Shown here in pieces: positions 35,163 through 43,245 of a stretch of DNA of 64,000 nt. The notes under the pieces are model-generated. The model saw only the letters and a program-made list of their open reading frames with translations. It was not told where the DNA came from and searched no databases. This DNA comes from an uncultured Alphaproteobacteria bacterium (GTDB taxonomy: Bacteria > Pseudomonadota > Alphaproteobacteria > Rhizobiales > Rhodomicrobiaceae): assembly GCA_963817495.1 (NCBI GenBank), contig CAWFOS010000003.1, positions 18,433 to 82,432 of the forward strand, given 5' to 3'. Position numbers and translations under genes: made by a program. Each line of letters starts with the position of its first letter. Positions within the stretch are counted from its first letter, which is position 1.

Positions 35163-36589
35163 ATTCCAGAAGTTTCCGCGAAGCCGTAGGACATCACTGC
35201 CACGAGATTCTCTCTCACGACACCGATATGATGCGGAGGCCAAGCTTAGCGATATCGGGCTTCACATTAACGCGGGCGCGAATCAAGGGTGGACGCGAGT
35301 AACGCGGCGGCTTCTTTGGGCGTGAGTTTGTGGTCGTCGCGGTCGACCGTCAGATTGGCCTCGCGCATACGCTCGACGGAAATGGCGCCGACGAGCGGCC
35401 TAAGCGCGCGGCGCAAAGTGTTGTCATGGGCGCGCTTCGGCGCAAGAAGGATCACGGCGTCGTAGGAGGGCGTCACGCCCTTGGGGTCGGTCAGGACAGC
35501 CAATTTCTCGGCGGCGATCCGCCCGTCGCTTGAGAACGCCGAGATTACGTCGACCGTTTTGGTTTGAAGCGCACGGTACATGAAGGTCGGGCTGTAGGAT
35601 TTTAGTTCGCGGAACCCCAATCCATAAGCGCTTTTCAATGCCAGCCATTCGGGCCGGCTGAGAAATTCGAGATCGCTGCCGAGCGTGAGTTCTGGGGCAT
35701 GGGCCGCGAGATCGGGGATGCTGACGACGGCGCCGGCCCTCGCTTTGTCGCCAGCCATCGCGAGCACGTAAGCGTTTTCGAAGCCGAGCCTGCCCAGCAC
35801 TTCGACCCCGTATCGATCCTGGAGCAAGCGCGTTAACTCCGCGAGCATTTGGTCCCTGGGCGGCATATCCGTACGGCCCAGAACATTCGTCCACAAGGTC
35901 CCCGAATAATCGACATAGGCGTCGATGTCGCTGCCTGCGAGCGCCCGTAAAGCAACCGCGGATCCGAGACTTTCCTTCAGCCGCACGCGGGCGCCTAACG
36001 CCTCGATGCGGCTGCTCATCAGTTCGGCAAGGATGAGCTGTTCACTGAAGTTCTTGGCGCCAATCACATAGGCCGGCCGCTCCGCCGCCAGCAGCGGGAA
36101 AAGAGAAAGGGCGGTAGCGGCGGCGAGAGCGGCGATACCCGCCACGACACGGCGCGGATTGCGCGTTGCGACGCCAGCCTCGACGAGGCCAAGCAATTGA
36201 TCCGCCACAAGCGCGAGCACGATTGCGGCAGCGCAGCCAAACAGAACGAAGACCCAGTTTTCGGTTTGGAGGCCGGAGAAGATGTAATTGCCGAGGCTCG
36301 TTTGCCCCACCGTCGTCGCAAGCGTCGCCGATCCGATTGTCCAAACCGCCGCCGTTCTGACTCCCGCCATGACGACTGGCGCCGCAAGCGGCGCCTCGAC
36401 CCGAAACAACCGCTGGCGCGACGTCATGCCGACGCCATCGGCTGCTTCGATGATGAGAGGATCGATGCCCGTCAAACCGGCGACGCCGTTGCGCAGGATT
36501 GGCAGCATAGAATAGAGCGTCAGGGCGAGCACCGAAGGCAAAAAACCCAACGCCGGAAGACTGACCCCAAATGTATGGACCGGCGGTGT

Positions 36590-36830
36590 GTTGCAAGAGG
36601 AAAACCTCGAAACAGCGGCGTTGGGTCTTGCACCAATGTATCCGGCCTATCTGTGAAGCGCGATGCTCCTGGCCACCATGGATATGAGCGCGCATTCGAT
36701 CTGATTAGCAGCAAAGCCTCAAACTCGGGCTATTTGGGTCACCAGTTTTCGATTGCGCCGGGAAGACCGGTCCTCCATCGCGTTGTTTCACACTCTCGCA
36801 GACCTCGATGGGAAAGGGGCGTCAGGGCAT
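36590..36830 (-). ncRNA. Putative bridge/seek RNA of the IS1111 element (boundaries approximate)
   Basis: Segments at 36704-36712 and 36732-36741 match the two target flanks; 36635-36641 matches the element end. Confidence 0.6.
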
Positions 36831-36994
36831 GATGGCGCCTCCACGATATTTCCTTGTTCGGCCGGAAAGAGCCTTTCCCCATCCCGGCCATGCGCTTATC
36901 GGAGGGCGCCGTGGCGCGGCGTTGTCAAGGCCGGCCCGTTTCAGGGCCGCCCGGCAGGGCTTGGCCTTGATAAGGCGAGGCATTGGCGCCAGAA

Positions 36995-38074
36995 TTATGC
37001 AGGCTGGGGCGCATTGTCATGGCTTGTGCGGACCTCGAAGTTGCGACCATAACGAAGCACCGCCCAGGCGATGCGGGCGAGCTTGTTGGCGAGCGCGATC
37101 GCCAGTTTGTTGTGGTGCAACCGCTTGGCCGCGGCCTCGATCCAGGCCTTGAGGCCGTAATGCGCCCAGCTCACGCGCTTCACCAGCACGACGCGGGCGG
37201 CCTGCACGAACAGGGTGCGCAAATATTTGTTTCCCCGCTTCGAGATCTTGCCGAGGATGGGGCGGCCTCCGGTCGAGATCTGCTTGGGAACCATGCCGAG
37301 CCAGGCGCCGAAATCGCGGCCCTTCGCAAACATGTCGCCGCTCCCAATGGTGGCCACCGTGGCGCTTGAGATGATCGGGCCGATGCCTGGCACTGTCATC
37401 AGCCGCTCGCAGCCACCGTCCTTGCGGGCCAGCGTCTCGATTTCGGCCGAGACCTCGTCGATGCGCTCATCGAGCCGGCGCCAATCGGTGGCCAGGGCTT
37501 CGATGATGCGGACCATGCGCAGAGATAGCTTGCCTTGGTGGGTTCCAAGGATGTCCGGCAGCGCGCGGCGCAAACGCTGAATGCCTTGCGCCACCGCGAT
37601 CCCTCGATCCAGCAGGAAGGCGCGGATCTCGTTCACCGTGGCTGTGCGCTCGCTAACGAGGCGGGCGCGCACCCGATGCAGGCCTTGAAGATCGAGTTGC
37701 TCGGCCGTCTTCGTCGCCACGAACCGCATCGTTGGCCGCTGTACGGCCTCCGCAATCGCCTCGGCGTCCCTGAAATCGTTCTTGTTGCCCTTGAGGAAAG
37801 CCTTCACATATTTCGCCGGCATCAGCCGGGCGTCGTGGCCGAGAGCGATCAGTTGCCGGCTCAGATGATGAGCGCCAACGCACGCCTCCATACCGATCAG
37901 GCAGGGCGGGATATTGGCCAACCGGTTCTCAAGCTGACTGCGTGAGAGCTTCGTTTTAAAGACGATGGCTCCGCGCCGGTCGAGGCCAATCAGGTGGAAA
38001 ATAGTCTTGCCGATATCGATGCCGATCACAGCAATCGACGCGTTGGACTTCGCTGACTTGGTTTGCGCTGGCAT
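36995..38074 (-). CDS. IS110/IS1111 DEDD recombinase
   Basis: IGIDIGK, MEAC, KNDFRDAEAI, VPGIGP, WLGMVPKQISTGG, ALANKLARIAW. Confidence 0.96.
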   Translation of the reverse strand: MPAQTKSAKSNASIAVIGIDIGKTIFHLIGLDRRGAIVFKTKLSRSQLENRLANIPPCLIGMEACVGAHHLSRQLIALGHDARLMPAKYVKAFLKGNKNDFRDAEAIAEAVQRPTMRFVATKTAEQLDLQGLHRVRARLVSERTATVNEIRAFLLDRGIAVAQGIQRLRRALPDILGTHQGKLSLRMVRIIEALATDWRRLDERIDEVSAEIETLARKDGGCERLMTVPGIGPIISSATVATIGSGDMFAKGRDFGAWLGMVPKQISTGGRPILGKISKRGNKYLRTLFVQAARVVLVKRVSWAHYGLKAWIEAAAKRLHHNKLAIALANKLARIAWAVLRYGRNFEVRTSHDNAPQPA

Positions 38075-38393
38075 GGGATGGCTCCTGGGCTCCGGTTACC
38101 CCGCCCTTCGCGGGATACGTGGAACACCGCCGGTCCATCCCATTAGCTGCGCTGCGTCAAAACCGATGCGCCCAGCAACAGTGGATAGAACAGCGCCAAC
38201 AGGGCGAGCCCCGGAATGGTTTGGACAATTCCGGCAATGGCAAGAACCACCCACCGCAAACGCGCGTTATGCGCAGCGGCCACCGCGAGCGGCAAGCTGA
38301 GGATCAAGCCGAGCGTCATCGCCGCTGCCGAAATGAGGACGTGGTTGCCTAGGTAATTGGGCAGTTGTTGTAAAGCAGCCGCCATCTGCTCGT

Positions 38394-39176
38394 TCATGCC
38401 GACGCCCCCCCTTCTGCGGCGGCGGCTATCTTGCGTACCCTCTCGGCCTGCCGCAACGTTACTGCAATCAGCGACGCAACATCGGGATCGGACTGCGGAG
38501 CGAGGAGGCCTTTAGGTGTGAGATCGGCGATTACGCGCCCCCCCTTCATGATGACGATGCGGCCGGCGAGCAGGATCGCCTCCTGCATGTCGTGGGTGAC
38601 CATGATGGTCGTGAGACCGAACGTCTCGTGCAATGCACGATAGGCGTTGCCGAGGTTGTCACGCGTGACAGGGTCGAGCGCGCCGAAAGGTTCATCCATC
38701 AAAACGATCCGTGGCCGCGCGGCTAGGGCACGCGCCAGGGCGACGCGCTGTTGCTGACCGCCCGAAAGCTCAGCGGGGAGACGTGCGGCGAACGCCTGTG
38801 GCAACTCGACGAGATCGAGGAGTTCGGCAACACGCGAGGCGATATCTGCCTTCGACCACCCGAGCAGACGTGGCGTCACGGAGATGTTCTCGCCTACCCG
38901 CAGATGCGGGAAAAGCCCCGCTCCCTGAAAGACGTACCCGATCTGACGCCGGAGCGCCGGCGCGTCGACAGAAACCACTGGTTTTCCCTCGATCCTGACC
39001 TCGCCGCGATCCGGGTCGATCAGCCGATTGATGGTTTTCATCACGGTTGTCTTGCCGGATCCCGGCATGCCGACGAGTGCGATGAACGCTCCCCGGGGCA
39101 CGCTCAGCGAAACGCCGTCGACGGCTGGCGTGTTGGCGTCGCCATACGTTTTGGTAATGTCATCGATTTGGATCAG
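38394..39176 (-). CDS. ABC ATPase (OpuA/ProV-like); probable CTG start
   Basis: GMPGSGKT, LSGGQQQRV, LMDEPFGALD, VTHD; the frame extends to a CTG at 39176, 7 nt after AGGAGG; stop overlaps the permease ATG. Confidence 0.9.
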   Translation of the reverse strand: MIQIDDITKTYGDANTPAVDGVSLSVPRGAFIALVGMPGSGKTTVMKTINRLIDPDRGEVRIEGKPVVSVDAPALRRQIGYVFQGAGLFPHLRVGENISVTPRLLGWSKADIASRVAELLDLVELPQAFAARLPAELSGGQQQRVALARALAARPRIVLMDEPFGALDPVTRDNLGNAYRALHETFGLTTIMVTHDMQEAILLAGRIVIMKGGRVIADLTPKGLLAPQSDPDVASLIAVTLRQAERVRKIAAAAEGGASA

Positions 39177-39235
39177 GGGCAGGCCTCCTGGCTTTCGTTG
39201 GACGCGTGAGACGATGAGTTCGAAGTCTTTTTTGC

Positions 39236-40045
39236 CTATTTAATCTCGGGAAAGCCGAGATCGGCGGCCTCGCGCTCGAATTCCGCCAGACGTTCGTAGG
39301 CGGCGACATCAGGCTCAGAAAGGCCGGCGAGTTCCAGCGCCCCGCGTATGTCGGCGGTCTGTGGATCGTCCATGATCTCATGCAATGCCTCGGCAATAGC
39401 GATCGCATCGGATCCGCTCGTATTCACTGAAGTAACAAAAGGTAATGACGGGCTGGATACGGTCTCGTCGAGTATCCGGTATCGTTCGGCGATGACGGGG
39501 CGGAACTTCCTGAACAATCCCCAGGTCACGTTATCGATCGAGCAGACATCGATGCTGCTCTCGTCAAGGCGTTCGAGACTCGCGACATGCCCGCCAGTCA
39601 TGACGACGGAGGAAAAGAAGGGCTTGCCGCCCGCAATCCGCGCCAGCGATAGTCGAGGCAGGTTCATTCCGGAGTTCGATAATAAGCTGTTGCAACCGAA
39701 TATCCGTCCGCGCAAATCTTTCAGGCACTGCGCGGGATCATCACGTCGGACCATGAAGAAGGCGCGATGAGTGGATCCCACGCATCCAGGCGCCTCGTAG
39801 TGCGGTGTGGCAAGAAGGCGTCCCTGATCGCGGTAATGCTTGAACAGCGGATAGCCGCAGATCTGGGTGAAGAAAACCCTCGGCCCAATGCCGTCCGCCA
39901 CGGGCGGTCTGTCGTTATCGAACTTGATGTCTGCCGTATCGACGCCCTTGGCACGAAGCCTTTGCTGCAAGGCCCCCCAGAGGGTGGAATCGGCGGCGGC
40001 CATCTCGGGGAGAGAGTACATCGGCAGGCTTGCCGTCCGCATCAT
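39236..40045 (-). CDS. PhnD/SsuA-like substrate-binding-fold protein without signal peptide
   Basis: ASLPMY, TQICGYP, NSLLSNSG, TGGHVASL, IDNVT, SPSLPFVT motifs. Confidence 0.8.
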   Translation of the reverse strand: MMRTASLPMYSLPEMAAADSTLWGALQQRLRAKGVDTADIKFDNDRPPVADGIGPRVFFTQICGYPLFKHYRDQGRLLATPHYEAPGCVGSTHRAFFMVRRDDPAQCLKDLRGRIFGCNSLLSNSGMNLPRLSLARIAGGKPFFSSVVMTGGHVASLERLDESSIDVCSIDNVTWGLFRKFRPVIAERYRILDETVSSPSLPFVTSVNTSGSDAIAIAEALHEIMDDPQTADIRGALELAGLSEPDVAAYERLAEFEREAADLGFPEIK

Positions 40046-40096
40046 TCCGTCTTTCGTGTTCGGTTTCGCTGGTGAAGCGGCTCCAGCACAGTCGCA

Positions 40097-41122
40097 TCAG
40101 GACGCCGGATTCCTGCTTGCGAGGCTAGGTGGATGAATGGGAATGAAGTTCGGCGTTATGAGCCATCGCCGGGCGATCTCGCCGTAGCCTCGAAACACGA
40201 ATCCGCCGTTGTGCGCCTGGATGCGCTCACGATGCTGGCGCCATACGCGAGGTACTTTCCACCACGGCAACGCAGGAAAGAGGTGATGAATGACGTGGAG
40301 GTTGTTCCATAGAAACAGTAGACCGAACACCCAATTCGATTCAACCACCGCGGTGCGTTCGCTGGGCTGCTCACCCCAGCGGTGCTCGGTGAAGCTGCGC
40401 ATCATGCCAAAAACAAGACCAGGATAGACGAACTCCGCAAGGTACTGCAAAACGGATATATGGAATACTCTTGTCACGAGCAGCAGCATCGTGGCCGCAC
40501 CGATGAAGTGTCGAACCCATATGCCGACATTTGCTGTGTCGCCGGCGATCAATTTACGAACTTCCTCGATGTAGAGGCGAGGCGTCTGCAGGAATGGACC
40601 GATAAAAAGCCGGCCCAGGAATGTCTGGTTGACGATGAGAAGCCGCCTCCATAGACCGCCATATTTCTCCCAGTCCTCCTCCTTATGGTAGTACGATTCC
40701 GTATCCTCTCCTGGATAGGTGAGATAGGCGTTGCGATGGTGCTGCGAATGCAGCCGGCGATAGAGCTCGAAAGGATAACAGACACCGATCGGCGGCCAGA
40801 CAAGCGCGAGACGCAGCCATTTCGGAATGCCGCGCATGCAGTGAATTGCCTCGTGCTGCAAGGAGGAATGCCATTGCACGACGTAGCCCGCCACCGGCGC
40901 CATGATCCACCAAGGGACATACTCATGCGAAGCGAGCAGCACGAGCCAGCTCGAATAGATCGCAGCCGCAACAAGAAGCGTAGGCCCATCATGCTGCTCG
41001 AACCATGATTGAGAAGCCGGATCTCCAGCGACGGCGAGCGCCAGGCCTTGCGCCGCGCCCTTTGAGCCACTGACGGATCCGCCGTCATGATCCGGAATGC
41101 CGCTCGAGCCGGTCAACGGCAT
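40097..41122 (-). CDS. Membrane di-iron fatty-acid-desaturase-family enzyme
   Basis: His boxes HEAIH, HSQHH, EH, HVIHH; TM segments; ATG at 41122 with GGAGG upstream. Confidence 0.9.
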   Translation of the reverse strand: MPLTGSSGIPDHDGGSVSGSKGAAQGLALAVAGDPASQSWFEQHDGPTLLVAAAIYSSWLVLLASHEYVPWWIMAPVAGYVVQWHSSLQHEAIHCMRGIPKWLRLALVWPPIGVCYPFELYRRLHSQHHRNAYLTYPGEDTESYYHKEEDWEKYGGLWRRLLIVNQTFLGRLFIGPFLQTPRLYIEEVRKLIAGDTANVGIWVRHFIGAATMLLLVTRVFHISVLQYLAEFVYPGLVFGMMRSFTEHRWGEQPSERTAVVESNWVFGLLFLWNNLHVIHHLFPALPWWKVPRVWRQHRERIQAHNGGFVFRGYGEIARRWLITPNFIPIHPPSLASRNPAS

Positions 41123-41519
41123 GCGTCCTCCGGTATGGCGATAACGAAGTGTTCGCTGGCCGCACAGCCCTCGATGAAGCTCGGTATCGATTGCATGGCT
41201 CGAACTCCTTGAGACGTGATGCATTATTTTTGCTTTCTAGCTCAAATAATGTCGCGCCTAGCACTGATATAAAAAAGAATATGCTAGCAGGAAGCGTCAC
41301 CAAAAGCGCAGATTTGCTTTATATAAAGTCTTGCAGAAAAATAACGTTGTTATAGATTTTATAGAAGAATAACCTTCTTATTTTTCATGTGGCGTATGGC
41401 TTCGTCTAGCAAGAATTTGACGCCAACTTGTTTGACAGGCTTCCGCCAAACTAATTATGGCTGGCGTAAGCGGCTTCAAGCGGGCACGCCGTGGGGATAG
41501 ATGTCGAAATGAAGCGGCG

Positions 41520-41880
41520 ATGACATCATCTCAAAATCAGCTCTTGCAGATCGTGCCACACATTCAGGCGCTTCCGGCTATAGTGCCGTTCGTGGCGCCG
41601 GATGCGCTGGAGCGCAGGCGAGGCCGACCGTTCCGGGCTAGGCTCGGGGCCAATGAGAGCGGATTCGGACCGAGCCCCAAGGTACTGGCGGCGCTACAAC
41701 GTGCTGCCGCCGAAGTCTGGAAATACGGCGATCCGGAGAACCACGATCTTAAAGCGGCCATCGGCCGCCACCACGGCGTTTCACCTAGCAACATCGTCGT
41801 GGGAGAAGGCATTGACGGACTTTTGGGCGTGGCGGCACGGCTGACACTGGCCCAGGGAGCGACAGCCGTCACCACCCTCC
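41520..41880 (+). pseudogene. 5' part of a HisC-like PLP aminotransferase, truncated
   Basis: VPFVAPDALER, RLGANESGFGPSP, YGDPENHDLK, VVGEGIDGLL; homology stops at AVT. Confidence 0.88.
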
Positions 41881-41978
41881 CTTTTTTCTCCCACCCCATC
41901 CCATTCCAAGGTTTTAGCTTTTAGCATCCTAAGTGCGACCGAAAGTCGGAGTGCACCTTTGATAAAAATGAAATATAG

Positions 41979-42011
41979 TGCAGCGCACAAAACGTATGAT
42001 GCATCGCACAA
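41979..42011 (+). promoter_or_regulatory. Two tandem PhaR-type boxes
   Basis: TGCAGCGCACAA (41979-41990) and TGCATCGCACAA (42000-42011), 21 bp apart; both fit the TGCRNYGCASMA consensus as I recall it. Confidence 0.55.
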
Positions 42012-42124
42012 AAAACGGCGCTACGCTGCAGGTTGCCTAGTCGACCTTGATCTACGCGATTTTGGGAATAGGCGACGCAACGCGACGTTTTGTATAAGCA
42101 TAGTGTTTCCGGGAGTTAACCGCG

Positions 42125-42355
42125 ATGTCTTCCTGCGAAGCCAGCTCTCACGCCCAGCAGAGCGGCAATAACCTGCTTGATCTCTTGCGTATGTTTCAGG
42201 ATACGCATCACTTGCGCTTGGAACAGCTCGCGAGCTTGCTTCGCATAACTCCAGAGACTTTGGAGGAATGGTTTAGCGAAGGCATGGCACCGCCCGCATC
42301 ATGTCTGGCCCTCGCAGTTCTCTTCGACTCCAGAAGGCAAGTATCAGCCGAATGA
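42125..42355 (+). CDS. Small putative HTH (XRE-like) protein
   Basis: LRLEQLASLLRITPETLEEWFSEGMAPP has an XRE helix pattern; GGGAG upstream. Confidence 0.55.
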   Translation: MSSCEASSHAQQSGNNLLDLLRMFQDTHHLRLEQLASLLRITPETLEEWFSEGMAPPASCLALAVLFDSRRQVSAE

Positions 42356-42745
42356 GGCTAGGTCGGAACGAGTGGGTCTAAGCCACAGCAACTGCAAAAA
42401 CACCCCTTGACCAAGCGGCGAGGAGCCAAGTCAAGGCATCAGGCAAGATCGAACGAGTCCATCGCGCGTTCGAGGTCGGCGCGCTCGGCTGTCGGCATCC
42501 CGTCATGATAAGCCATGCAAAGGCCATGCTCGCCCGCTGCCCAATCCAGCGGCTGTGTCACGGATAGGACGGTAGCGGATAAACAGCAATGGCGCGATTA
42601 TCCGCACGCTCTCTTTAGGGGAAGCACACGACGGCGTAAAAGCGCGGCTGAATAAATACATTTTTTACACAGTTGGCCCACGAACTATCTCGATTTTATA
42701 TGCGGCGCTCAGCATGTCTTAGAAACTTCCCCCGGGAGGTTCGAC

Positions 42746-43225
42746 ATGGAAAACCAGCTTATCTTCGACCTGAAAGACACGGGCTATCCCTGGCAATATC
42801 TGGCGCTCGGATTAATGATCGCCGCATTGATGGGGGTTATCGCCGTGTTAGCGAAGCCAAAAAGCGAACTCAGGCTATTCTGCACCGTTTGTGGCAGCTT
42901 GTTTGCTATTTGGATGGGGGTCCTCGTCATCACGACTTATCCGGCCTACTCTTCGCTGATAGAGGCCGAAAGGTACGGAAACCTGAGCGTTGTCGAGGGA
43001 ACCGTGAGCAATTTTCACCATGGCGCAGGCTTCAGTAAGGAGCGGTTTTGCGTCGGCGGCAGATGCTTTCAATACACGCCCGAGCCGCTGCCCGTGAGTT
43101 TCATGAACAGTCGCCTTCAGGGCGGCCCGATTATTAGGGATGGATTGCACATTCGCATCGCTTCGGCGGGAGAGGCGATTGTGAGGGTCGAGATCGTCGG
43201 GGACAATCATGTTGCGGCGCGATAG
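42746..43225 (+). CDS. Hypothetical membrane protein (two TM helices plus a beta-rich domain)
   Basis: GGAGG RBS, two hydrophobic helices, CVGGRC pair. Confidence 0.7.
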   Translation: MENQLIFDLKDTGYPWQYLALGLMIAALMGVIAVLAKPKSELRLFCTVCGSLFAIWMGVLVITTYPAYSSLIEAERYGNLSVVEGTVSNFHHGAGFSKERFCVGGRCFQYTPEPLPVSFMNSRLQGGPIIRDGLHIRIASAGEAIVRVEIVGDNHVAAR

Positions 43226-43245
43226 CCGAATATCAGAGGGGCGGC

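Larger units (their letters stand above)
36572..38145 (-). mobile_element. IS1111-group (IS110 family) element
   Basis: Perfect 15-bp sub-terminal IRs ATGGACCGGCGGTGT at 36575-36589 and 38124-38138; left end TAATGGG; no TSD; ~420-bp non-coding region downstream of the tnp. Confidence 0.95.
35267..38397 (-). pseudogene. Fused permease/substrate-binding subunit of a betaine/osmoprotectant-type ABC importer, disrupted by IS1111
   Basis: Removing 36572-38145 gives an in-frame ...QTIPGLALLA...SVLTQRS|FGVSLPALGFLPS..., EAADGVGM EAA loop, IGAKNFSEQ and GFENAY SBP motifs; 518 aa. Confidence 0.93.
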
